DNA of 64,000 nt. It comes from Candidatus Krumholzibacteriota bacterium. GTDB lineage: Bacteria; Krumholzibacteriota; Krumholzibacteriia; JAJRXK01. Position numbers and translations under genes: made by a program. The notes under the pieces are model-generated. The model did no database searches. It was not told the origin of the DNA and saw only the letters and a list, made by a program, of their open reading frames with translations. Positions 50,534 to 59,823 of the stretch are shown here, one piece after another. Positions within the stretch are counted from its first letter, which is position 1. Each line of letters begins with the position of its first letter. The stretch lies in the NCBI GenBank assembly GCA_963727455.1, contig CAVSGG010000008.1:256001-320000 (forward strand). The letters are read 5' to 3'.

Positions 50534-51879
50534 GAGGCCTCCTGCTTCCGCCCGCGACCTCCGCGGTTCGGACTGGTCACGGGGTCGGGATAGCGGTAGA
50601 TGTTCCCCTCGAAATTCCTGAGCAGAACGTCGTTTCCATCCCGGCCCACCACCGATTGCGAGAGCAATGGGATTTTCCCTCCCCCACCAGGGGCATCGAC
50701 CACGTAGGTGGGGACAGCGTAGCCTGTGGTGTGCCCGCGCAGGCCATCGATGATCTCCAAGCCCTTCTCGATGGGAGTGCGCAGATGACTCGATCCGGAG
50801 ATGGGATCGCACTGATAGATGTAGTACGGCCGGACTCGCGCGCGTAGCTCGGCGTGCTTCAGGGCTCTCATCGTCTCCACGTCGTCGTTCACCCCACGCG
50901 TGAGCACGGTCTGGCTCCCCACCGGAATCCCCGCGTCGGCCAGACGCTCGCAAGCCTGCACCACCTCCGGGGTGAACTCAACCGGGTGCATGGTGTGAAC
51001 GCTCAGCCAGAAGGGGTGGTGGCGCTTGAGCATGGCGACCAGTTCCGGGGTAATTCGCTGCGGAAGAACCAGCGGGATCTTGGTGCCGATGCGCAGAAAC
51101 TCCACGTGCTTGATGGCTCTCAGGCGGGAGAGAAGCCAATCCAGCCTCTCGTCGGTCATGGTGAGCGGGTCACCTCCTGAGATCAGAACGTCCCTGATCT
51201 CCGGGTGCTGGGCGATGTAGTTGATCGCGACCTCGTACTGCGCGTACGAAGCGTGGAATTCGGTAGAGTGCCCCACCATGCGCGCCCGCGTGCAATAGCG
51301 GCAGTAGGTCGCGCAGAAGTTGGTCACCAGGAACAGGACGCGATCGGGGTAGCGGTGGATCAGACCAGGGACCACCGCATCCGTTTCCTCGCCAAGAGGA
51401 TCGTCCGCTTCTCCCGGGGTACGCAGAAGCTCGCCCCGCACCGGAATCATCGTCCTCCGGATGGGGTCCTTGGCGTTCTGTGCATCCATGAGAGAAGCGT
51501 AGTACGGGGTGATGCCCAGAGGCAGTCGTCCGCCGATGCGCTCGATGGTGGCGCGCTCACTGCGGCTGAGGGTGAAGATGCGCTCGAGCTGGGCGAGATT
51601 GCGGATCCTCGAGTGCAGCTGCCAACGCCAGCTGTTCCAATCCTCCAGACTGGCCTCAGGGAAGTACAGACGGCGGAACTCGTCGCTCCGCTCGCTGACA
51701 GAGTACAACGCCCCAGTCTCGGACACGAGAAGGTCCGAGGCGGCGGGATCGCAGTGTTGTGGTTGGGAGAGGTGATCGGGCGCCGGCTCAGCCTCAGCGG
51801 CTTGCCGGTTCCGGTGAGCCAAGGGGGATAAACCAGGCGCCGGAGGTTCCGAGTCGAGACTCGGACTGATCTTGTTCAT
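50530..51879 (-). CDS. kamA: KamA family radical SAM enzyme, lysine 2,3-aminomutase type
   Basis: WNSWRWQ, TPYY, HRYPDRVLFL, CATYCRYC, SGGDPL, YIYQCD, VVDAPGGGGK (PLP Lys). Confidence 0.92.
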   Translation of the reverse strand: MNKISPSLDSEPPAPGLSPLAHRNRQAAEAEPAPDHLSQPQHCDPAASDLLVSETGALYSVSERSDEFRRLYFPEASLEDWNSWRWQLHSRIRNLAQLERIFTLSRSERATIERIGGRLPLGITPYYASLMDAQNAKDPIRRTMIPVRGELLRTPGEADDPLGEETDAVVPGLIHRYPDRVLFLVTNFCATYCRYCTRARMVGHSTEFHASYAQYEVAINYIAQHPEIRDVLISGGDPLTMTDERLDWLLSRLRAIKHVEFLRIGTKIPLVLPQRITPELVAMLKRHHPFWLSVHTMHPVEFTPEVVQACERLADAGIPVGSQTVLTRGVNDDVETMRALKHAELRARVRPYYIYQCDPISGSSHLRTPIEKGLEIIDGLRGHTTGYAVPTYVVDAPGGGGKIPLLSQSVVGRDGNDVLLRNFEGNIYRYPDPVTSPNRGGRGRKQEAS

Positions 51880-52071
51880 TAACGTCCTTTACCCACCAGG
51901 TGGGCGGCTGGAGCATGAGCCCGTTATACAAAACGCCCCCCCATGGACACGACGGGAGAGCGAGGATCACGAGACTGGGTCCAACAGCACAATAAAGAGG
52001 TCTTTTTTGGGCGAACGTCAAGGCCCAGTGTGGCTTTTGGAACAACTTTTTTCGGAGCCCGAGACCGCGCC

Positions 52072-52437
52072 TCAGTCAAGGCTGTCCGACTTGGCCTCCG
52101 CAGCCTGAGCGCCAAGACGGCGGATCTGTACCACGACCGAGTCCAGCTCGGTGTCGGTGATTCCGGGAATCCCCTGCATGCGGCCCTTGCCGTAGCGGGC
52201 GATACGACGGATCCGCTCATCGCTGTTGTAGCGTTGGAAGACGGGATCCCGCAGGTCGATGTCCTCCTTGGCCATCTTGCTCGCGGTGGTGGATGAGCCA
52301 TCGATCTCGTGGCAGCGAGCGCAGCGGTAGGCGTAGACTCCGGCCGGGCTTGGATCCTCCGGCTTCCGGGCGCACGCCGGCAAGAACAGCAGAAGAAGCA
52401 ATGAAGTCAGCAGGGTTCCCGTGCGAAGCGCTCTCAT
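52072..52437 (-). CDS. Monoheme cytochrome c lipoprotein
   Basis: Lipobox LPAC; CARCH; distal Met in GKGRM. Confidence 0.82.
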   Translation of the reverse strand: MRALRTGTLLTSLLLLLFLPACARKPEDPSPAGVYAYRCARCHEIDGSSTTASKMAKEDIDLRDPVFQRYNSDERIRRIARYGKGRMQGIPGITDTELDSVVVQIRRLGAQAAEAKSDSLD

Positions 52438-52441
52438 GGAC

Positions 52442-53881
52442 TCAGCCCGCCGTGATGCGCCTGAGTTGGAGGAGGTTCGTGGCACCCGGGATCTGCATGG
52501 TCCCTCCCAAAACGACCACGGCTTCGCCCTCCTGTACCAAGCCAGCCTCCAGCAGTAGACGATCACCTTCCTGCAGCAGTGAATCGGTATTGTGAGCGAA
52601 GGAGGATTCGTAGGGTGCGACTCCGTGCAACAGAGCCATCTGCCGGCAGACCCGCGGGTCGGGACAGAATGCAATGATCGGTACTTTCGGCCTGAGCTTA
52701 CTCACGACTCGTGCGGTCCTGCCGCTCAGAGTGTAAGCCACGATCAGGCGAACCCCGGTTTCCTTCGCCAGATGCCGCGCCGACCAAGCCATCGCACGCA
52801 CGGCCGGACTGAAGCGGGTCGGATGTTCAGGGTTCTTCTCGGTGTCGGCGTAAAATTCCGAGCGCTCAGCCTCGATCGCGATGCGGTTCATCATCTCGAT
52901 GGCCTCGACCGGATACTCGCCCGTCGCGGTCTCCGCTGACAGCATCACGGCGTCACTACCATCGAAAATCGCGTTCGCGACGTCGCTGGCTTCGGCGCGG
53001 GTCGGGCGGAAGCTGTGAACCATGCTTTCCAGCATCTGGGTCGCTGTAATGACGGTGACGCCACGCAGATTGGCGGCACGGATGAGCTCCTTCTGCAATC
53101 GGGGAACGCTCTCGGGAGCAAGCTCCACCCCCAGGTCGCCTCGAGCCACCATGATCGCGTCGCTCACCTGGAGGATCGCCTCGATTTCCGCCACCGCCTG
53201 CGGCTTTTCGATCTTGGCGATGATGCCCGGGCCACCCCCCAAAGATTCGATCTCCTCACGCAACTGCCGGATGTCCTCCGCCTGTCGCACGAACGAGAGA
53301 GCCACGTAATCGACGCCAGCTTCCATGCCGCAGGCGAGGTCCCTGCGATCATGCTCGCCCATGGCAGGTACATTCAAGGCGCGACCGGGAACGTTAATTC
53401 CCTTGTGCGGTAGCAGTCGTCCGCCGTGCACGACGCGCACCGAGAGCTCGCTGGCCGACTGCTTTTTCTGAACCTTCAGTTCGATGAGTCCGTCATCCAA
53501 CAGGATTGTGTCGCCCAGCTCGAGATCCTCCGCCAGGCCAGAGTAGGTGCAGGAGATCCGCGTCGCATCGCCCACGATCTTCTCCGTCGTGAGCACCAAC
53601 TCGGCACCATTTTCGAGCTGGACACCCGAAGCTTCCGCCAGGTCGCCCACGCGCAGTTTGGGGCCTTGCAGATCCAGCATGATCGCCAGCTGGCGGTGCC
53701 GTTCCGCCCCCACCCTTCGCACCGTCTCGACCGCGCGCTTCAGGAACTCGTGGTCGCCATGGCTGGCATTGATGCGCGCGACGTCGAGACCGGCGTCGAT
53801 GAGACGCCCCACCACGGCGGCCTCGATGCTGGATGGCCCCAGGGTGGCGACGATGCGCGTGGATCGAAGTGGTAATTGCAT
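52442..53881 (-). CDS. pyk: Pyruvate kinase
   Basis: TRIVATLGP, RINASHG, DLQGPKLR, AKIEKP, MVARGDLGVE, TQMLESM, TRAEASDVANA. Confidence 0.97.
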   Translation of the reverse strand: MQLPLRSTRIVATLGPSSIEAAVVGRLIDAGLDVARINASHGDHEFLKRAVETVRRVGAERHRQLAIMLDLQGPKLRVGDLAEASGVQLENGAELVLTTEKIVGDATRISCTYSGLAEDLELGDTILLDDGLIELKVQKKQSASELSVRVVHGGRLLPHKGINVPGRALNVPAMGEHDRRDLACGMEAGVDYVALSFVRQAEDIRQLREEIESLGGGPGIIAKIEKPQAVAEIEAILQVSDAIMVARGDLGVELAPESVPRLQKELIRAANLRGVTVITATQMLESMVHSFRPTRAEASDVANAIFDGSDAVMLSAETATGEYPVEAIEMMNRIAIEAERSEFYADTEKNPEHPTRFSPAVRAMAWSARHLAKETGVRLIVAYTLSGRTARVVSKLRPKVPIIAFCPDPRVCRQMALLHGVAPYESSFAHNTDSLLQEGDRLLLEAGLVQEGEAVVVLGGTMQIPGATNLLQLRRITAG

Positions 53882-53952
53882 CCCATTCCTCTCGCTGAGC
53901 CGTGCCAAGGCGAGGAATTCGCAGAATAGCAAGCCACGGGGAAAAGGGCCAG

Positions 53953-55785
53953 TCAGCGCGGCTTCTCTTTCGCGGCTCCCTCGGGCTGGGTCCTCATCTT
54001 GAGAAAGGGTTTCGTGCGCACCGCCAGCGCCAGCAGCAAATCGCGTTTGGAAATGCTCCCCAGAAGGACGCTCCCGGTCTCGTCATCCACCACGGGCAGG
54101 CGCTCTCCGTCGTGCTCGGAGAAGACCCGCAATGCGTCGCTCAGCGAGGCGCCTGCGCGAATGAGAGGAAACTCGCGATGCAAAATGTCGCGGGCAATGA
54201 CCACGTCGGCCAGACCGCGCAGGGTGAGATATTGTTTGATGTCGTGCAGAGGAATGACCCCCTGGAAGAGGCCGCCATCATCTACGACATACAGGTACTT
54301 GTTGTTGTTCGTGAGGAAGCTCTGCGCGATCTCTCGAAAGCGCGCGGTCTCGCGCACGGCCAAAGGATCGCCCCTCATGAGATCCTGAACCTGCAACTTC
54401 GAAAGCTGCTTGCCGTACAGTGCGGCCCCTTTGCGCTCCAGAGCCTCGCTGTAAATGGGTACCGGCTCCACGCTACGGGAGACGTAGTAGGAGATCACGC
54501 ATGCGAGCATGAGGGGCAGCATGAGCTGATAGTCGAGAGTCAGTTCGAAGATCATGATGATGGCCATGATGGGCGCGTGGGTCGTGCCGGCCAGAAACGC
54601 GCCCATGCCGAGGAGGGCGAAGCCGCTGGGACTCAGTAGTGGATTGGGCCAGAACAAACTCAAGGTGTGCCCGAAGAGATAGCCCAAACACGCCCCGACG
54701 AAGAGAGTCGGCGTGAAGACACCACCCACGGCCCCGGACCCGAAAGTCGCTGCGGTGGCGGCCACCTTGAAGACGAGGATGAGAATCAGGGTGCGCCACA
54801 TCCATTGCCCACCCAGGATGGCGCTCACCGTGCTGTAGCCGTTCCCGCAGACCTGCGGATAGAACACGGCAAGTCCGCCAACTACCGCTCCTCCCAGGCC
54901 CAGCTTCAAGAAGAGCGGAATTCGCATGCGAGTGAAGAGCCGTTCACTATTGCGCAGGGTGCGCAGGAACCAGGGCGCAGCGAAACCTGCCACGACTCCC
55001 AGGGCCATGGTGGGCAGAATCTCCCACACTGAATTCAGGACAAAGGGAGGGATTTCGTAGAGAGGAGCTGCGCCCATGAGCTTGCGGACGGTGAGCGTGG
55101 CCACGACCGAAGAAAAGACCAGCGGTCCGAAGCTCTCCATCGCCACCGAACCCAGGACGATCTCCGCGATGAAGAGAGCGCCCGCGATCGGCGCATTGTA
55201 GGCGGAGGCGATTCCGGCCGCCCCTCCGCAGGCGCTGATGAGCCGGCGCCTCGGTGTAGACCAGTGTCGAAATCGTCCCACCAAGGAGGCGATCATGGCC
55301 GAGAGCTGGACCATCGGACCCTCTCGGCCGATCGATCCCCCACCCGCGATCGAGAACAGAGCCGAAGCCGATTTCACGAGGCTCGAACGCACGGCCACCA
55401 GACCGTTGCCCACCACGATGGCTTCCATGTAGTCGGTGGAATGACGGCTGCGCGCGAGGCGGCTTCCCCAGTAGAGAATGGCGCCCGCCGCCAGCCCCCC
55501 CACGGTGGGAGTCAAGGCACGCTGCCACGGAGGGAGGTGGATGAAACTCTCGACCACCCCGCCGGATTGGCCGGTCAAGAAGAGGTGGACCGCGTAGCTC
55601 AAGCGCCGGAAGAGCACTGAAGCGACGGCGCCCAGAAGTCCCACCACGCCGGCCCAAAAGAGCGTTTCGTGCAGCTCGCTGGGGCGGATGGTCTCCGCCA
55701 TCCACAGCCGAAGCCTGAGCAATCCCAGGAGACGGGGAGGGCTCCCTGCGTCCGTGGATTCGTTGCGGTCCTTCATCTCCGCCAT
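53953..55785 (-). CDS. clcB: ClcB-like CLC chloride channel/transporter with a CBS pair
   Basis: STDYME, GGSIGREGP, AYNAPIAG, GGVFTP, IYSE; two C-terminal CBS domains; start approximate. Confidence 0.9.
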   Translation of the reverse strand: MAEMKDRNESTDAGSPPRLLGLLRLRLWMAETIRPSELHETLFWAGVVGLLGAVASVLFRRLSYAVHLFLTGQSGGVVESFIHLPPWQRALTPTVGGLAAGAILYWGSRLARSRHSTDYMEAIVVGNGLVAVRSSLVKSASALFSIAGGGSIGREGPMVQLSAMIASLVGRFRHWSTPRRRLISACGGAAGIASAYNAPIAGALFIAEIVLGSVAMESFGPLVFSSVVATLTVRKLMGAAPLYEIPPFVLNSVWEILPTMALGVVAGFAAPWFLRTLRNSERLFTRMRIPLFLKLGLGGAVVGGLAVFYPQVCGNGYSTVSAILGGQWMWRTLILILVFKVAATAATFGSGAVGGVFTPTLFVGACLGYLFGHTLSLFWPNPLLSPSGFALLGMGAFLAGTTHAPIMAIIMIFELTLDYQLMLPLMLACVISYYVSRSVEPVPIYSEALERKGAALYGKQLSKLQVQDLMRGDPLAVRETARFREIAQSFLTNNNKYLYVVDDGGLFQGVIPLHDIKQYLTLRGLADVVIARDILHREFPLIRAGASLSDALRVFSEHDGERLPVVDDETGSVLLGSISKRDLLLALAVRTKPFLKMRTQPEGAAKEKPR

Positions 55786-55897
55786 CTTGGTCAACCACTG
55801 GGAGGGAACGAGACTCTCTGGCCTGATCCGGAGAGTGGCAAGAGCGGTTCGCCCGTGGCAATCATTTTTTGTCGATTGTGTCCAAGACGCGGGGAGC

Positions 55898-56758
55898 TCA
55901 GCCGAAACGGCCCGTAATGTAGTCCTCCGTGCGCTTGATCGAGGGCTTGGTGAACATCTTCGGAGTTTCGTCCATTTCGATAAGCCTGCCCTCGTAGAAG
56001 AAGGCCGTGGTATCGGACACGCGCGAGGCCTGCTGCATGTTGTGTGTGACGATGATGATGGTGTAGCGCTGCTGCAGTTCGAGGATCAACTCCTCGACTC
56101 GGGCGGTGGAACGCGGATCGAGAGCCGAACACGGCTCATCCATGAGTATGACCTCCGGATTCACCGCGATACAGCGCGCGATACACAGACGTTGTTGTTG
56201 CCCCCCCGAGAGACTGATGGCTGGCGAGTGCAAGCGGTCCTTGACCTCGTCCCACAAGGCGGACATCCGCAGCGCGGACTCCGTGCGCTCTCTGAGCAGG
56301 GATTGATCCCGCATGCCGTTCAACCTCAGACCCACCGTGACGTTGTCCGCGATGGACATGGTGGGAAAGGGATTCGATTTCTGGAAGACCATTCCCACCC
56401 GCCGGCGCACCATGACCGCTTCGACCTCGGGCGCGTAGATATTCTCCCCGAACAAGCGAATTTCACCGCTCACCCGCGCGTGGGGCACCAGTTCATGCAT
56501 ACGATTGAGGGCGCGCAAGAATGTGGACTTCCCGCATCCGCTGGGGCCGATGATCGCCGTGACGGAACGCTCGGGAATGTCCAGGGAGATGTCCTTCACC
56601 GCTTGATTGGAACCAAAATAGACCGAGAGATTGCGCACGTTTACCGCGGCGGGATGTGGCGCCTCTTTTGGACGCCGAATTCCGAGGCCTCTAGCCATGG
56701 TATTCAAGGGCAAGGGTTCCACTGCCAGTTTCTTTGCTGCGTTGTCCGTAGGTTCCAT
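55898..56758 (-). CDS. pstB: Phosphate ABC transporter ATPase
   Basis: [38 protein letters not shown]. Confidence 0.96.
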   Translation of the reverse strand: MEPTDNAAKKLAVEPLPLNTMARGLGIRRPKEAPHPAAVNVRNLSVYFGSNQAVKDISLDIPERSVTAIIGPSGCGKSTFLRALNRMHELVPHARVSGEIRLFGENIYAPEVEAVMVRRRVGMVFQKSNPFPTMSIADNVTVGLRLNGMRDQSLLRERTESALRMSALWDEVKDRLHSPAISLSGGQQQRLCIARCIAVNPEVILMDEPCSALDPRSTARVEELILELQQRYTIIIVTHNMQQASRVSDTTAFFYEGRLIEMDETPKMFTKPSIKRTEDYITGRFG

Positions 56759-56764
56759 GGTGAC

Positions 56765-57625
56765 TCAGAGGGGTTTTTGGCTGAGGCGATCACGCGTCAA
56801 CACCCGAACGCCGATATTGATCATGAACACGAACAGGAGCAGGACTAAAGCGCCTGCCCAAGCCTGCCGATGCCAATCGTCGTAAGGCGAGATGGCATAC
56901 GAGAAGATCTGTAGGGGCATGGCCGCGATGGGATCCGTCAGCTTGTGCGTCCAGAACTGATTTCCGAAGGCAGTGAACAGCAGAGGAGCGGTCTCTCCCG
57001 CGATGCGCGCCAGTGCCAAGAGCGCTCCGGTCACGATTCCCTTGAGCGCGGTTCGCGCCACGATTCGGACCGTGACACGCCAAGGTGCGATCCCCAGCGC
57101 GAGTGCTGCCTCCCGGTATCCATTCGGTACCAGCTGCAGCACTTCCTCGGTGGTTCGCATGATCAAGGGGATCATCATCAGACCCAACACGATCCCACCG
57201 GCCAAGGTGGAGAAACCCTTCATCGGCACCACCACGATGGCCCACACCACCATTCCCCACACGATGGAGGGTACTCCGTTGATGACGTCGGCCGCAAAAC
57301 GAATCCACCAATTCGCGCGGGAAGTGCCGTATTCGGACAGATAGATCCCGCCCAGGATTCCTACCGGCGCTCCCAGGAGCGAGGCCAGAGTGATGAGGAT
57401 TCCGGTGCCGACCATGGCGTTCGCCATGCCCCCGCCGGGCTCTCCGACCGGCTTGGGTAATTGGGTGAAAAAATCCCAATTGATGGCGCCCACTCCTTCT
57501 CTGAGGAGATGATAGAAGACCAGCATCAGGGGAGTGATCACCAGAAGCGCGCACAAAAATGCCATGCCCCGCATGAGGGCATTCATGAAATTGCGCCGCC
57601 GATGATGCACCTTATCCCACATCAT
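56765..57625 (-). CDS. pstA: Phosphate ABC transporter permease PstA
   Basis: GVPSIVWG, REAALALG, ARIAGETAPLLFT. Confidence 0.95.
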   Translation of the reverse strand: MMWDKVHHRRRNFMNALMRGMAFLCALLVITPLMLVFYHLLREGVGAINWDFFTQLPKPVGEPGGGMANAMVGTGILITLASLLGAPVGILGGIYLSEYGTSRANWWIRFAADVINGVPSIVWGMVVWAIVVVPMKGFSTLAGGIVLGLMMIPLIMRTTEEVLQLVPNGYREAALALGIAPWRVTVRIVARTALKGIVTGALLALARIAGETAPLLFTAFGNQFWTHKLTDPIAAMPLQIFSYAISPYDDWHRQAWAGALVLLLFVFMINIGVRVLTRDRLSQKPL

Positions 57626-58593
57626 TGTCTGTGCTTCACTCCCGGTCCGCCCAAAACCTTGAGTAGAATCTGCGCGAGGATGTTGGTCAGGACCGTCACG
57701 CCCAAGAGCACCAGTCCCAGCTCGAAGAGCGAGCCCAAGTAGAGCGAGGTCGTCGCCTCCGTAAATTCGTTCGCGATGACGCTGGCCAGAGTGTAGCCGG
57801 GGGCCAAGAGCGAGGCCGTAATCTCCGGGCGGTTTCCGATGACCATCGTCACCGCCATGGTCTCTCCCAGTGCGCGTCCCAGGCCCAGAATCACTGCGCC
57901 GAAGAGACCTTTCTTCGCGAAACTCAGCACCGCGATCCGCGTGACCTCCCAGTGGGTCGCGCCCAGGGCATAGGCCGCTTCACGTTGCAGACCGGGAACC
58001 GAGCGCAGGATCTCCCTCGAGACGGAAGTGATGATGGGGATGATCATGATGGCCACGATGATCCCTCCGGCCAACATGCTGATCCCGTAGATCGGCCCCT
58101 GAAAGAGCGGCAGAAAGCCGAGAGTGTCGCGTAGAAATGGAAACACGTGGACTCGTAGCCAGGGCACCATCACGAAGATGCCCCAGAGGCCCAGAATGAC
58201 GCTGGGGATGGCGGCGAGCAGCTCGATCAGCATCGTCAGGGGCTGGCGCAGCCAGAGCGGCGCCATCTCGGTGAGAAAGACGGCGGTCGCGATGCTGAGC
58301 GGAACCGCGATGAGCAGGGCGATGGCGGAAGACACGAGGGTCCCGAAGATGAAGGGCAAGGCCCCGAAGTTCTCGGCTACCGGATCCCAAGTAGGTGAGA
58401 CCAGAAAGCCCCATCCAAACTTGCGCAGCGCCAAACCCGCGCCGTTGGCCAGTTCATAGCCGATCAACCCGATCAACACGAACACGGAAAGTGCCATGAG
58501 CAGAGTGAGCCACATAAAGGCGCGGTCGCCAAAATGGCGACCGCCCTTCAAGGCTCTGGCCGGCAGAGGCGCGTGTGTGGTCGTGTCGCTCAA
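57622..58593 (-). CDS. pstC: Phosphate ABC transporter permease PstC
   Basis: ELLAAIPSV, REAAYALGAT, GRALGETMAV, IANEF. Confidence 0.95.
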   Translation of the reverse strand: MSDTTTHAPLPARALKGGRHFGDRAFMWLTLLMALSVFVLIGLIGYELANGAGLALRKFGWGFLVSPTWDPVAENFGALPFIFGTLVSSAIALLIAVPLSIATAVFLTEMAPLWLRQPLTMLIELLAAIPSVILGLWGIFVMVPWLRVHVFPFLRDTLGFLPLFQGPIYGISMLAGGIIVAIMIIPIITSVSREILRSVPGLQREAAYALGATHWEVTRIAVLSFAKKGLFGAVILGLGRALGETMAVTMVIGNRPEITASLLAPGYTLASVIANEFTEATTSLYLGSLFELGLVLLGVTVLTNILAQILLKVLGGPGVKHRQ

Positions 58594-59603
58594 AACTGAA
58601 TGGTTTCGATGCGCTTCAGTACTCGCTCCTGCAAGTTCTTCGGCAGGGGTGCGTAATCGAGCGACTTGGCCATGGTCTCACCCTCGGTCTCGGCCCACTT
58701 CAAGAACTCGACCAGCTTCTTGCCCTTGGTCGGGTCCTTCTGCTGCTGGTACACCAACAGCCAGGTGCAACCGGCGATCGGGTAGGCCGTTTCGCCGGAA
58801 GGATTGACCATCGAGAAGCGGAAATCTTCGGGAATCTCGGCGGTCGCAAAGGCCTGGGTGACCGACTCCAGGGTGGGCGTGATGTAGTTCCCCGCCGCGT
58901 TCTTCAGTTGGGCGAACGCGAGCTTGTTTTGCGTGGCGTAGGCCAACTCCACATAGCCGACGGCGCCGGGCAGCTGCTTGATCTGTCCGGAGACCCCCTC
59001 GTTCCCCTTTCCTCCCAGACCGGTCGGCCAGTTCACCGAGGTGTTCTTGCCCACTTTCTTTGCCCATTCCTCGCTCACCGAGGAGAGATAATCGGTGAAG
59101 ATGTAGCTGGTGCCGCTGCCGTCACTGCGGTGCACCACGATGACGTCCATCTTCGGCAGTTTCAGCTCGGGATTCTGCTCCGCGATCCTGGGATCGTTCC
59201 ACTTGGCGATCTTCCCCATGAAGAGATCCACCACGGTGGGGCCGTCGAGCTTGAGCGTCGGGTTGCCCGGGAGGTTGTAGCTCAGAACGACCGCTCCGCC
59301 GACGGTGGGGATGTGCAGCAGCTTGCCCGGGGCCTTGGCCAGGTTTTCGTCACTCATGGGACCGTCCGAGGCGCCGAAGTCGACGGTCTCGGCCAGGATT
59401 TGCTTCTGCCCGCCACCCGAACCGATGGACTGGTAGTTGAAGCGAACTGAAGGATCTACCTTCGCGTACTCGTGAAACCACTTGGCATAGAGCGGGTAGG
59501 GAAACGTCGCCCCCGCTCCGTTGATGAGCATTTGCGCGTTCGCGCCGTCGTTCATGCCTACCAGGCAGATGGCGCAGAGCGCCAAGAGCAAGGCCTTCTT
59601 CAT
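58590..59603 (-). CDS. pstS: Phosphate ABC transporter substrate-binding protein PstS
   Basis: GAGATFPYP, YQSIGSGGG, DFGASD, HRSDGSGT, YPI. Confidence 0.97.
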   Translation of the reverse strand: MKKALLLALCAICLVGMNDGANAQMLINGAGATFPYPLYAKWFHEYAKVDPSVRFNYQSIGSGGGQKQILAETVDFGASDGPMSDENLAKAPGKLLHIPTVGGAVVLSYNLPGNPTLKLDGPTVVDLFMGKIAKWNDPRIAEQNPELKLPKMDVIVVHRSDGSGTSYIFTDYLSSVSEEWAKKVGKNTSVNWPTGLGGKGNEGVSGQIKQLPGAVGYVELAYATQNKLAFAQLKNAAGNYITPTLESVTQAFATAEIPEDFRFSMVNPSGETAYPIAGCTWLLVYQQQKDPTKGKKLVEFLKWAETEGETMAKSLDYAPLPKNLQERVLKRIETIQF

Positions 59604-59700
59604 CAGATTCTCTCCCTTGGGTTAGCGGCTAGGGGGCCAATGACTTCTTCGCGTGATCGGTCGAACATGCTTCATATAAGCAGGGAAGAGAGTGGCTGGT

Positions 59701-59729
59701 GTGAGGAAATTGTGAGGATTCGATGAAGG
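59701..59729 (-). promoter_or_regulatory. Putative Pho box (three direct-repeat units with 11-bp period) upstream of pstS
   Basis: Minus strand reads CCTTCAT-CGAA-TCCTCAC-AATT-TCCTCAC, resembling the CTGTCAT-N4 consensus; TATATG lies about 22 nt downstream. Confidence 0.65.
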
Positions 59730-59823
59730 CGCAGCGCTGAGTCGAGGAGCGGCGGGGCACCGCCCCCCAGGACCCAAAGCGAACGGCGCGATTGGAGCGC
59801 TTTTGCGCCCCTTCGACGGCGAA

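Noticed and set aside
50530-51879. KamA as EF-P modification enzyme EpmB or as part of lysine fermentation
   Set aside because: Longer than typical EpmB, with LAM-type motifs, and no efp, epmA, kamDE, kdd or kce genes in the window
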